A DNA stretch of 64,000 nt. Source: an uncultured cyanobacterium (GTDB taxonomy: Bacteria > Cyanobacteriota > Cyanobacteriia > Cyanobacteriales > CAWCAG01). Position 1 is the stretch's first letter. The number at the start of each line of letters is the position of its first letter. Positions 27,973-37,736 of the stretch are shown here, in pieces. The position numbers and the translations under genes were made by a program. The notes below the pieces were generated by a model. That model was given only the letters and a program-made list of their open reading frames with translations. It was not told where the DNA came from and did not search any database. The stretch is from positions 800,001 through 864,000 of the forward strand of contig CAWCAG010000009.1 in the NCBI GenBank assembly GCA_963793425.1, in the 5' to 3' direction.

Positions 27973-29460
27973 CTAGGGTTTATCATTCGCTCTTATTTTG
28001 GCGAACATCCATTTATCATTATCGTAATCCCAAAAAAGAGAAAACTGTAGCTTTTGGCTACTAACTTTTCCGTCATTCTTGTTATAAATTAACTCAACAT
28101 CAACCTTAGCGGTATCAGGATTATTTTTTGCTATTTCAAGGTCTTGAAGTTCTACAGAATCAATGGTTTCCCACCAATTAACATAGGAAAAATAGCCATC
28201 TGGATGTAAATCTTTGTCGTTTTGCAACCCTGCTGGTAAACGTTCCCAAGCTGCCCGATATTGACCATTGTTTATATCGTTGTAATAATCCTCAATGGCT
28301 TTTTCTGGGGAAGGACGCTGAATTTGATTGTTACTGTTGCTTAATGACTTGACTGGCGGTGCTTCAGGGGAACGAGTCATCATACGACCAATAACCACAG
28401 AACCCCCAATTAAACTCCCTAAAATTAGTAACGCCACAAAAAGACTTAAGAATAGATTTTGCTGGGGTTCAGCCTGTGAGGGTTCAACTGAAGTCTTTCT
28501 GGGGCCAGCTAAAGAAGGTTCTTGAGAAGTGGGGGCTACTGCTATAGTCGGAGATAGAGTTGGAGGTGGGGGTTGAGTTAGGTCTGGTGGCGGTTCTGTG
28601 AGATTATTGTAGGGTATAGTTGCAGGAAAACTTATTTCCTTATTTTCCAACGCCGCTAACATATCCATAGCAGTAGGAAAACGATCCCTAGGATGATATC
28701 TAACTGCTTTATCTAATACAGCAGCTAACTCTGAACTAACTTGAGTCGCTTGTTGTCGCCAAAGAATTTCTCCTGTTGCAGGATCTGTTTCCAACATCTG
28801 GGGTCTTTTCCCCGAAAGCAAATAAATTGCTACCAAACTCAAACTATATAAATCACTAGAATAAAGGGGCTTTCCCGCTGCTTGTTCACTGGGCATAAAG
28901 CCAGGAGTGCCGATAACAATGGAACTAGTGGTACTACCTTGGGCATTAACTATTGTTCCCATGGCTTCTTTAACAGCCCCAAAATCAATTAAAACTGGTT
29001 TCTGGTCGGAGGATCGTAGGATAATATTTTCTGGTTTAATATCCCTATGAACAATCTTTTGGCTGTGAATGTAATCCAGCACAGGCAAAATATCAACCAA
29101 AATTCCCCTAACTTCATCTTCTCCTAAACGTTGCTGCTGTTGGACTTTTTCAGCTAAGGTAACTCCTGGAATCCACTTTTGAACTAAATAAAATTGTTCT
29201 TCTTCAGTGAAATAAGCATAAAGTCTGGGGATTTGCTGATTAGCCTCTCCTAATTCTTCTAAGATAGCTGCTTCTCTTTGAAATCTCTCTTTAACTAATT
29301 CGTATACTTGAGGGTTTTGGGTCATCGGTTTAAGCAGCTTGATAACGCAACTTCTTCCGGAGGGCATATGAGTATCTTCGGCTAAGAAAGTCTCGCCGAA
29401 ACCCCCTTTACCTAAAGGACGAAGTAAGCGATAGCGGTTACTTAAAAGATCGTTAGTCAT
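27973..29460 (-). CDS. Membrane Ser/Thr protein kinase
   Basis: LGKGGFG, HRDIKPEN, DFG, GTPGF; TM helix and extracytoplasmic C-terminal domain. Confidence 0.93.
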   Translation of the reverse strand: MTNDLLSNRYRLLRPLGKGGFGETFLAEDTHMPSGRSCVIKLLKPMTQNPQVYELVKERFQREAAILEELGEANQQIPRLYAYFTEEEQFYLVQKWIPGVTLAEKVQQQQRLGEDEVRGILVDILPVLDYIHSQKIVHRDIKPENIILRSSDQKPVLIDFGAVKEAMGTIVNAQGSTTSSIVIGTPGFMPSEQAAGKPLYSSDLYSLSLVAIYLLSGKRPQMLETDPATGEILWRQQATQVSSELAAVLDKAVRYHPRDRFPTAMDMLAALENKEISFPATIPYNNLTEPPPDLTQPPPPTLSPTIAVAPTSQEPSLAGPRKTSVEPSQAEPQQNLFLSLFVALLILGSLIGGSVVIGRMMTRSPEAPPVKSLSNSNNQIQRPSPEKAIEDYYNDINNGQYRAAWERLPAGLQNDKDLHPDGYFSYVNWWETIDSVELQDLEIAKNNPDTAKVDVELIYNKNDGKVSSQKLQFSLFWDYDNDKWMFAKIRANDKP

Positions 29461-29482
29461 TGGTGATTTAAAAAATTTGCTG

Positions 29483-30127
29483 CTACGGCGATAATCTTTC
29501 CCTTGTCCAATTCCCAGTTTGACTTTTTTGGTAAAGTAAGCGGTCGTGTAACCTACTAGGTCTTCCTTGCCAAAATTCCAGAGACTGGGGCATAACCCTG
29601 AATCCTCCCCAATGAGGCGGACGTGGTACTGTTTGTTCAGTATACTGCTCTTTAATCGCTTTCAATTTCTCTTCTAGCACCTGACGGTTAGGAATAACCT
29701 GGCTTTGGGCTGATGCCCATGCACCCAATTGAGAATTATGGGGACGGCTGTTAAAATACTCATTGGATTCTTGGGGAGAAATTTGTTCTACTAAACCAGA
29801 AATTCTTACTTGTCTTTCTAATTCAGCCCACCAAAAAACTAAAGAAGCATGAGGATTTTGCAGCAATTGTCGCCCTTTTTTACTTTCATAGTTGGTATAA
29901 AAGACAAAGCCCCTTTGATCAAAACCCTTCAGTAGAACCATTCTGGCCGAAGGTTTACCATCAGGAGTAGCCGTAGCAAGGGTCATGGCATTGGGTTCGT
30001 TTAATTGGGCTTCCAAGGCTTGATTAAACCAAATTTGAAATTGCTCAAAAGGATTGGTAGAAGCAGATTCTTCTGTTAAGCCAGCAAGGGTATAATTTTG
30101 GCGTAAGTCAGCAATGGATAGATTCAT
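29483..30127 (-). CDS. pdxH: Pyridoxamine 5'-phosphate oxidase
   Basis: ARMVLLK, FYTNYESKKG, EFWQGRPSRLHDR. Confidence 0.96.
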   Translation of the reverse strand: MNLSIADLRQNYTLAGLTEESASTNPFEQFQIWFNQALEAQLNEPNAMTLATATPDGKPSARMVLLKGFDQRGFVFYTNYESKKGRQLLQNPHASLVFWWAELERQVRISGLVEQISPQESNEYFNSRPHNSQLGAWASAQSQVIPNRQVLEEKLKAIKEQYTEQTVPRPPHWGGFRVMPQSLEFWQGRPSRLHDRLLYQKSQTGNWTRERLSP

Positions 30128-30188
30128 AGGGTTAATTGATAACTGTATAGCTTGCCATTTGAGAAGACATCAATGATCATTGAAAAGA

Positions 30189-30968
30189 ATGCCAGAAAGT
30201 GTTGATGGAGCGATCGCAGTTTTACTTGATTTAGCCCAACGGGGAGAAATTGATCCTTGGGATGTCCAGGTGATTGAGGTGATTGATCGCTATTTGAGTA
30301 AGTTAACACTTCCTGGCAACCTTGAACCGGGAACCCAAGAAGCTGACTTACCTCAATCAGGACAAGCTTTTTTGTGGGCATCAATGTTGGTTTTTCTTAA
30401 GGCTGATACCCTCCAAAAACTGGAAGAAGAACCCGAAAATGAGGATTTTTTAGAAGAGGAGATAGTAGAGGTAGAGGGGAAACGTCGTTTACCTATACGC
30501 CTAGAAAAGCACATTCGTCGCCGCCCTAGCGCCCCTCCTTTACGTCGTAGGAGAGTAACCTTAAATGAATTGATTGGGCAAATTAAAGAGATTGCTGCCA
30601 CCCTAACCCTAGAAGAAAATCCTGCTTCTACGGATTCAGGGCGTAGCCGCCGCCATTCTCGCCAAGAAGCAACCCGTATTGTCACAGAATTAGCCCATAA
30701 CGAGAATCTTACGGAGGTAGCTAGCCAATTAGAGCAATTTTTAACTTTTGAATTACCTCAACTTTCTCCAGAACAAAGTTGGTTAGATTTGGAACAATTA
30801 TTAAATTGGTGGAGTGAGGCTACTAGCAGAAGTGATACCCATCATAACTCCAAAACCCATGACAGAGTAGGGGTTTTTTGGGCTTTACTTTTACTTTCGG
30901 CCCAATCAAAAGTAGAGTTATCTCAGGATGAATTTTACCAAGATTTAAGGGTTAAGCCTTTGAGATGA
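30189..30968 (+). CDS. scpA: Segregation and condensation protein A
   Basis: GEIDPWDV and FWALLLL...QDEFY kleisin motifs. Confidence 0.88.
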   Translation: MPESVDGAIAVLLDLAQRGEIDPWDVQVIEVIDRYLSKLTLPGNLEPGTQEADLPQSGQAFLWASMLVFLKADTLQKLEEEPENEDFLEEEIVEVEGKRRLPIRLEKHIRRRPSAPPLRRRRVTLNELIGQIKEIAATLTLEENPASTDSGRSRRHSRQEATRIVTELAHNENLTEVASQLEQFLTFELPQLSPEQSWLDLEQLLNWWSEATSRSDTHHNSKTHDRVGVFWALLLLSAQSKVELSQDEFYQDLRVKPLR

Positions 30969-31117
30969 TCAGCTCAAAACGGTCGAAATGCCATCATTAT
31001 CTATCTAGATGAGTTAAAACAGAATAGTTAGCGATCGCTAACTATTCATCAGAAGAGTTAGTACGTTGAACAAAATCAGTAAACAAAATGTGATTTAGGG
31101 TTGAGGGATAAATAAAT

Positions 31118-32284
31118 ATGAAAGCCATGATCCTAGCGGCTGGCAAAGGTACTCGCGTGCGTCCAATTACTCACACAATTCCCAAACCACTGATTCCGAT
31201 CTTTCAGAAACCAGTGATGGAGTTCTTGCTAGAACTGCTCAGGAGTCATGGCTTTGATCAGGTTATGGTTAATGTTAGCCATCTTGCTGATCGTATAGAA
31301 GGTTATTTCCGGGATGGACAGCGTTTTGGGGTAGATATTGCCTATTCTTTTGAAGGCAAAATTGTTGATGATGGACGCTTGATTGGAGAAGCGATGGGTT
31401 CAGCAGGAGGATTGCGACGCATTCAAGATTTTTCTCCCTTCTTTGATGATACTTTTATTGTGCTTTGCGGCGATGCTTTAATTGATTTGGATCTTACCGC
31501 AGCAGTGAAAAAGCACCGGGAAAAAGGTGCGATCGCTACAGTTGTGACTAAATCAGTTCCCAAAGAACAAGTTTCTAGTTACGGGGTTGTGGTGACAGAT
31601 GAAGAAGGCAGAATTAAAGCTTTCCAAGAAAAGCCTACAGTTGAAGAAGCCCTGAGTAATGAAATAAATACCGGGATTTATATTTTTGAACCAGAAGTGA
31701 TTGATTATATTCCCCCAGGTCAAAATTATGATATTGGTGGAGAATTATTCCCTAAGTTAGTAGAAAACAATGCTCCTTTTTATGCTGTTTCTATGGATTT
31801 TCAATGGGTAGATATTGGGAAAGTTCCCGACTATTGGAATGCTATTCAAGGAGTGTTACAAGGAAAGATTAAAAATGTTGATATACCCGGTACAGAAGTT
31901 GCCCCCGGCATTTACACTGGCCTGAATGTGGCAGTTAATTGGGACAAAGTTGATATTACCGGGCCAGTTTATATTGGCGGTATGACTAAAATTGAAGATG
32001 GTGCTAAAATTATTGGCCCCACTATGATTGGCCCCAGTTGTTGGGTTTGTAAAGGAGCAACGGTAGACAAAAGTGTTATTTTTGAATACTCCCGTTTAGG
32101 GCCTGGGGTACGGTTAGTTGATAAGCTAGTGTTTGGACGTTACTGCGTTGATAAGACAGGTACAGCTATTGATGTCCGGGCAGCAGCTTTAGATTGGTTA
32201 ATTACCGACACTCGCCAAAGTTTGCCCACAGATGAACCTCAAGAACGTAAAGCGATTGAGGATTTATTAGGGCAGGAAATTTAA
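31118..32284 (+). CDS. cugP: NDP-sugar pyrophosphorylase (CugP / mannose-1-P guanylyltransferase-like)
   Basis: MILAAGKGTRVRPIT...PKP motif and C-terminal left-handed beta helix. Confidence 0.8.
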   Translation: MKAMILAAGKGTRVRPITHTIPKPLIPIFQKPVMEFLLELLRSHGFDQVMVNVSHLADRIEGYFRDGQRFGVDIAYSFEGKIVDDGRLIGEAMGSAGGLRRIQDFSPFFDDTFIVLCGDALIDLDLTAAVKKHREKGAIATVVTKSVPKEQVSSYGVVVTDEEGRIKAFQEKPTVEEALSNEINTGIYIFEPEVIDYIPPGQNYDIGGELFPKLVENNAPFYAVSMDFQWVDIGKVPDYWNAIQGVLQGKIKNVDIPGTEVAPGIYTGLNVAVNWDKVDITGPVYIGGMTKIEDGAKIIGPTMIGPSCWVCKGATVDKSVIFEYSRLGPGVRLVDKLVFGRYCVDKTGTAIDVRAAALDWLITDTRQSLPTDEPQERKAIEDLLGQEI

Positions 32285-32362
32285 AGGGAGATTGAGGAGT
32301 AATAGGTAATGGGTAATGGGTAATGGGTTCACGAACTCCGTTGCCATAAAGTTCGAGTAGAT

Positions 32363-33373
32363 TCAAGACTTATTACCCCACTCCCTCATACTAGACAAAG
32401 ATACATTACCACCACTGATAATCACGCCAATTTTTGCTTTGGGATAGGTTACAACTCCTTGAAGTAAAGCGGCGGCAGCTAAGCAACCTGTAGGTTCTAC
32501 AACAATCTTTAAGCGCTCCCACAGGAAGAACATCGTACTGATAATTGCTTCTTCTGAGACAGTTACCATATCATCAACATAATGCAATACCAAAGGGAAG
32601 TTAATCTCTCCTAAACAAGGAGTCCTTGCCCCATCAGCAATGGTATCAGGGTTGTTTACTTTGTGCAAAACCCCAGTATGAAAAGAACGGGTTGCATCGT
32701 CGGCTTGTTTTGGTTCTACACCAATAATTCGACATTGGGGAGAAAGCGTCTTCGCTGCGATCGCACAACCAGATAGCAAACCTCCCCCGCCACAGGGAAC
32801 TAATAATAAGTCGATTTCTCCTATTTCTTCAATTAGTTCTTTGGCTGCTGTTCCTTGTCCCGCTACTGTGGGTGCATAGTTATAGGGAGGGATAACCTTC
32901 AAACCCTGCTCTGTTGAGATTTCCTGAGTAAGTTTCTCTCGATCTGTTGTGGCTGGATCATAAAGAATTACTTCTGCACCGTAATCACGAGTAGCGGCAA
33001 TTTTTACATCCGGGGCATTGTCCGGCATGATAATGGTGCGGGGAATATCTAAGAGTTTACCAGCTAAGGCGATCGCTTGGGCATGATTCCCTGAAGAGTA
33101 AGTGATTACGCCCCGTTGCTTCTGGCTTGCCGACAAGCTAAATAAGGCATTGTAAGCACCCCGAAATTTAAAAGATCCTGCACGTTGAAAGTTTTCGCAT
33201 TTGAAAAAAACCTCACTATCGGTTTTCTTATTTACAGTAGTGGAAGTAACAACAGGGGTTCGATGCACAATGCCACAACCATTTTTTGCTGCTGTGGCAA
33301 TATCCTTATAGGCAACCGCTAAATTAGATTGATGATTTGGTGTTAATGATGATGTTTCTTTTGTTAAAGTCAT
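32363..33373 (-). CDS. PLP-dependent Ser/Thr dehydratase family (threo-3-hydroxyaspartate ammonia-lyase-like)
   Basis: KCENFQRAGSFKFRGA, SSGNHAQ, GGGGL, SGGN. Confidence 0.9.
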   Translation of the reverse strand: MTLTKETSSLTPNHQSNLAVAYKDIATAAKNGCGIVHRTPVVTSTTVNKKTDSEVFFKCENFQRAGSFKFRGAYNALFSLSASQKQRGVITYSSGNHAQAIALAGKLLDIPRTIIMPDNAPDVKIAATRDYGAEVILYDPATTDREKLTQEISTEQGLKVIPPYNYAPTVAGQGTAAKELIEEIGEIDLLLVPCGGGGLLSGCAIAAKTLSPQCRIIGVEPKQADDATRSFHTGVLHKVNNPDTIADGARTPCLGEINFPLVLHYVDDMVTVSEEAIISTMFFLWERLKIVVEPTGCLAAAALLQGVVTYPKAKIGVIISGGNVSLSSMREWGNKS

Positions 33374-33598
33374 AAAATAAAATTTGAGGTTGTCATGATT
33401 GATCTTTTGTTGGTATCTGAATCATTCCCACAACTCAAGAGTATTTTTCTACGGAGAAAGTTTCTGAAATTCTCCAGAAACTTAGAAATCGCTATATTAA
33501 AGTGGTACTGTCTTAAGAAAAACAAATCTAAAATTAGGCCAATGGCAGTTTTTTTAGTACATTAGTCCTAAAGTGCTGCCAACTTCCAGGTAAAGGTT

Positions 33599-36500
33599 AT
33601 GGAATTAATCAAACAAACCAAACTCCACTACCAAGCAGAAAATTCTGACAAAGTTTACGAAGTTGATTTAAGTTGTGTAGGGGAAGATCGTTATTTAGTT
33701 AACTTTCGCTACGGTAAGCGGGGTGGCAATTTAAAAGAGGGAACCAAAACAACAGAACCTATACCTTTGGCTGAAGCAGAAAAAACTTTTACTAAGTTAG
33801 TGGCTTCTAAAACGAAGAAGGGCTACGAAGAGGTTAGTCAACAGCAAGGTAAAGCTGAACCTAAGCAGATAAATAAGGAGTCACGTAACCAAGCGATTAT
33901 AACTCGTTTGGCTAATGGTAGTGATAATAAATGGGCTTTAGATCGGGTAATTTGGCGGGCTGGGGAACTAAAAATCCAAGCAGCAACACCTTTGTTGATG
34001 ACTCTTTTAGGTACAGGGGAACCTTTGCGGGATTACTCCATTGCTTGGAGTTTAGGTTGGTGTGGTGATGAAACTACTATTCCGCTATTACAAGAGTTAT
34101 GGCAAAATGATTCTCAGCCAGAGTTTGTACGACGCATTGCTTGGGAAGCAGCTTACAAGCTGGCAAATGCAGAGTGTCAAGACAGGATGAGGCAAGATAA
34201 GTTACGAGAGTTACCAACATCGTTGTTTGAGTTAGCCAGTGGTGGTTTGGCAATAGACTTTCAGCAAAGGCTTGAGGAGTATTTGCATGATGGTAGTCAT
34301 GAGAATTTTGCGGTGATTGATACCATCTACCAAATTGATAATGAGTTTGTCCGTCCTGCCTTACTCCATATTTTGCGTACAGCTAATTTTGTTCCTAACT
34401 ATTTCCGTAGCATTCGTCATATTTTCAAGATGGCTGAATACCGTCGTGACGGGGAATTTTTGGGAATTATTGCCTATCGCTTGGAAACAGAAAAAGCGAT
34501 GTATCATAGTAATAATTGGGGAGTTTATCACAAAGACATTGGTTATTTGCGTACAAGCAATAGGCAGTGGAATCAGGAAACTCGTAGTTATGAGGAACTT
34601 GAACAAAGTCCTTTTCAGCAAGAGATGCAACGTCCTGATGCCAGAATAGCTTATAGCAGTGCAACCCGTGAATATTTGCAACGGCGAGTATGGCGGACTT
34701 TGCGACGTTTGGGACAAGATGCAGAAACAGACTATGCTCCCTTAGCAACAGGGGTGTTGTTACAATACAGCGATGCAGATGCTCAAGGAGTTAAGAAGGG
34801 AACTTACTATCGTTGGGATAGTGCTAGCCGTACTTATCATAGTTTTACAAGTGATTGGGATGCTTTTGCTGGTTATTTAACTTTCAACCACATTCTTTAT
34901 ACTAATAGCCCTCGCTACTTTTTACCATCTAACCGTCAAGCATGGCGTTGTCAGCAAGGTTATAAACCCGGTGATCCTATACCAGAAGTGAGGGAAGAAG
35001 CCTTTCCGGAATTATGGGAACAACAGCCAGAATTTTTATTGCGATTGTTGTCACAAAGTGATTGCACTCCGGTACATGACTTTGCAGCGAAAGCATTACG
35101 GTGTTGTACAGCTTTTTGTGGGGAAATAGATACAGCAAATTTAATTACCTTAATCAACAAACCCTACTTAGCTACTACCCAACTAGCATTTGCATTAATC
35201 CGCGATCGCTACAACCCAGACGAACCTAATTTGGAGTTAGTATTAGCTATAATTAATTGTAACTTTCAAGAAGCTAGGGAACAAGGCTATGAATGGATTG
35301 AAGTACAAAAGGAATACTTTCTGGCGGTAGATGGTTTCCTGGTTGGTTTAATTACTAGTTCCTACCCCGATAGCCGAAGTTTTACTCGCCGTTTGTTAAG
35401 TACAATAACCTTGAGGGATGACCATGCTAAAATCTTAATCGCCCAAGTTATTGCCGCTTTGTTAGCCTTATCTTCGGAACAAGGGGAGCTAGCACAAGAT
35501 ATTGCGGAAACCTTACTAATTAGTTTCCCTTCGCAACTGCGTACCCTTGGTTTTGGTGTCATTGAAGACTTACTTGCCTCTCCCTTAGTAGAAGTACAGG
35601 TTGTGGGGGCAACAATTCTTTTACATCATCAAATTGCCCGAGCAGATTTGCCTCCTCATTTATTAGAGTCTCTTCTCGCTTCTGGCTATGAACAAGTAAG
35701 AACAATTGGAGTCAGGTTATTTGGGCAATTACCAGATGAAATCTTAAGGGGTGATCGCCTCTTCCTCGTGGCAATGGCGGTTAATTCTAGTTCTGATATT
35801 CGTAAGGCTATTCGTTCTGTCATTAGGCGTATAACTACCGGACAGAGAGATTTTGCTTTGCAGTTGGCTACAGATTTACTTGATTTATTGGTGGAACCGG
35901 AAAGCCATGAAGGGGTACACAAAGATTTAGTCAACCTGTTGCAACAAGAAATTCCCTATTGGCAAAGTAGCATTAGTCGTTCTCGAACTATGGAACTACT
36001 ATGCAGTAAGTCTTCTGTGGTACAAGAGTTAGGGGGAATTTTATTACAAGAAAATCATTCCCGCTTTCTCAATGAATTTAGTACCAGGGAGATTGTCCAA
36101 CTTGCTAACCAGGAAATTTTAGCAGTGCGGCAAGCTGCTTGGGAAATGTTTAGTGCCAGTTTATCTCGCATTCGCAGCAATCCAGAAGAAATGTTAGTGG
36201 CAGTGCGTTTATTAGAAGCGAAGTGGGAAGACTCACGGCAGTTTGCTTTGCAGGTTTTTGAGGATTTTAGAGAAGAAGATTGGACACCGGATGTTATGGT
36301 GAGTGTTTGTGATAGTACTAATGAAAAAGCGCGGCGGTTTGGTAGGGATTTACTCAGTCGCTATTTCCAACCGAATTATGGTTATCAATACCTACTTAAA
36401 TTTAGCGAACATCCTAGTAAGGATATGCAAAAGTTCGCCACTAATTATTTAGAAAGTTATGCTCAGAATAATCCAGAAAGGCTAGAGCAATTATCTCCCT

Positions 36501-36754
36501 ATTTCATCACAGTTTTATCTGGTGTTAATTGTGGCAGAGTAGCCAAGGAACGGATTTTTAATTTCCTAGCAACTGAGGCGGAAAAAAGTCGAGAAGTGGC
36601 TACGACTGTGGCTAAAATCCTCACTAGGCAGTCCTTAACAGTGGTAATTAAAGATAAGGCAAAAGCGATTGAAACAATGTTAAAAATCAAGAAGCAATAT
36701 CCCAATATTGACTTACCAATTCAAGTTAAGGAGGTGATGCTCATTAAACATTAA
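33599..36754 (+). CDS. WGR-domain + HEAT/ARM-repeat protein
   Basis: N-terminal SDKVYEV...VNFRYGKRG...KTKKGY (WGR-like) followed by a long helical repeat region. Confidence 0.8.
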   Translation: MELIKQTKLHYQAENSDKVYEVDLSCVGEDRYLVNFRYGKRGGNLKEGTKTTEPIPLAEAEKTFTKLVASKTKKGYEEVSQQQGKAEPKQINKESRNQAIITRLANGSDNKWALDRVIWRAGELKIQAATPLLMTLLGTGEPLRDYSIAWSLGWCGDETTIPLLQELWQNDSQPEFVRRIAWEAAYKLANAECQDRMRQDKLRELPTSLFELASGGLAIDFQQRLEEYLHDGSHENFAVIDTIYQIDNEFVRPALLHILRTANFVPNYFRSIRHIFKMAEYRRDGEFLGIIAYRLETEKAMYHSNNWGVYHKDIGYLRTSNRQWNQETRSYEELEQSPFQQEMQRPDARIAYSSATREYLQRRVWRTLRRLGQDAETDYAPLATGVLLQYSDADAQGVKKGTYYRWDSASRTYHSFTSDWDAFAGYLTFNHILYTNSPRYFLPSNRQAWRCQQGYKPGDPIPEVREEAFPELWEQQPEFLLRLLSQSDCTPVHDFAAKALRCCTAFCGEIDTANLITLINKPYLATTQLAFALIRDRYNPDEPNLELVLAIINCNFQEAREQGYEWIEVQKEYFLAVDGFLVGLITSSYPDSRSFTRRLLSTITLRDDHAKILIAQVIAALLALSSEQGELAQDIAETLLISFPSQLRTLGFGVIEDLLASPLVEVQVVGATILLHHQIARADLPPHLLESLLASGYEQVRTIGVRLFGQLPDEILRGDRLFLVAMAVNSSSDIRKAIRSVIRRITTGQRDFALQLATDLLDLLVEPESHEGVHKDLVNLLQQEIPYWQSSISRSRTMELLCSKSSVVQELGGILLQENHSRFLNEFSTREIVQLANQEILAVRQAAWEMFSASLSRIRSNPEEMLVAVRLLEAKWEDSRQFALQVFEDFREEDWTPDVMVSVCDSTNEKARRFGRDLLSRYFQPNYGYQYLLKFSEHPSKDMQKFATNYLESYAQNNPERLEQLSPYFITVLSGVNCGRVAKERIFNFLATEAEKSREVATTVAKILTRQSLTVVIKDKAKAIETMLKIKKQYPNIDLPIQVKEVMLIKH

Positions 36755-36901
36755 ACATTTATCGTTAGAGGTATTTCAGCCATATTCTTGTTTCTGGGCA
36801 AGTAGTTTGAGAAATATATAGCAATTTTGATTAAGAAGTTACAATAACTTTACAGCTTGCCATTACTGCAAGCTTAATATTAACTGACTAATAATTAACT
36901 T

Positions 36902-37072
36902 ATGTTTGGTTTAGGCTGGCCCGAAATTGCTCTGATTGGATTTGCTGCACTGCTTATCTTTGGCCCCAAAAAGATTCCTGAACTAGGCGGGGCTTTAGGC
37001 AAAACTTTAAGGGGTTTCAAAGAGGAAATAGAAGACCCCCAAGAAGATGTTACCGACATTGAAGCAGACTAA
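36902..37072 (+). CDS. tatA: Twin-arginine translocase TatA/TatE subunit (56 aa)
   Basis: Hand translation MFGLGWPEIALIGFAALLIFGPKKIPELGGALGKTLRGFKEE...; not in the ORF track. Confidence 0.93.
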   Translation: MFGLGWPEIALIGFAALLIFGPKKIPELGGALGKTLRGFKEEIEDPQEDVTDIEAD

Positions 37073-37079
37073 GAGAATA

Positions 37080-37547
37080 CTACTCTTCGTCCCCATCCAT
37101 CATAGAGGGGTCGATTAAGGTAATATCATAGGGATCGTCGCTGGGAGGGGCAGTAGGTAACGCTGAACGACGAGGCAATTCTACCTCTCCTCTCAACTGA
37201 TAAACAGCCATTACGTGGGGCGCAAAAACGATCTGGTCTCCGTTAGTAAGATTGTGGGATTGAAGCTTAATATCATTAATCCTTAGCCCATTGACGCTCA
37301 CTTTACCTTGAGAGTCGCCATCAATAATTTGGTAGTAAACGCTGCCATCTTCCTGGGATTTCCTTACCAAAGTTGCGTGGCGGCGAGAAATAGACGAAGA
37401 ATACAACTTAGAATAAAGGCGAATATCGCACTTTTTTTCCCTACCAATAGAATAGACAGGTTTATCCAAGAGAACCTCTCTTTTCCCTTTGTCGTCTTCG
37501 ACGATAAATAAATGCTCTCGATCTTGTTTTGCCGATTTCACAGCCAT
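37080..37547 (-). CDS. FHA-domain protein
   Basis: IGR, SRRHA and SVNG FHA motifs. Confidence 0.88.
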   Translation of the reverse strand: MAVKSAKQDREHLFIVEDDKGKREVLLDKPVYSIGREKKCDIRLYSKLYSSSISRRHATLVRKSQEDGSVYYQIIDGDSQGKVSVNGLRINDIKLQSHNLTNGDQIVFAPHVMAVYQLRGEVELPRRSALPTAPPSDDPYDITLIDPSMMDGDEE

Positions 37548-37736
37548 TAGCAATTGCTCGTGCAGTTAATTAGTTGATTAGAGATGACTTTATTTTTAGC
37601 TCAGTTGAGCCAATTAAGCTACCTCTAAACAGCATCCTTATTTTAATACAGTATACTTTTGTTCCTTAATAACGCCTAGAGACACTCCTGATTCTATACA
37701 GTTGCTCATTGTAATCAATCTGTAATGCGAAGAAAT

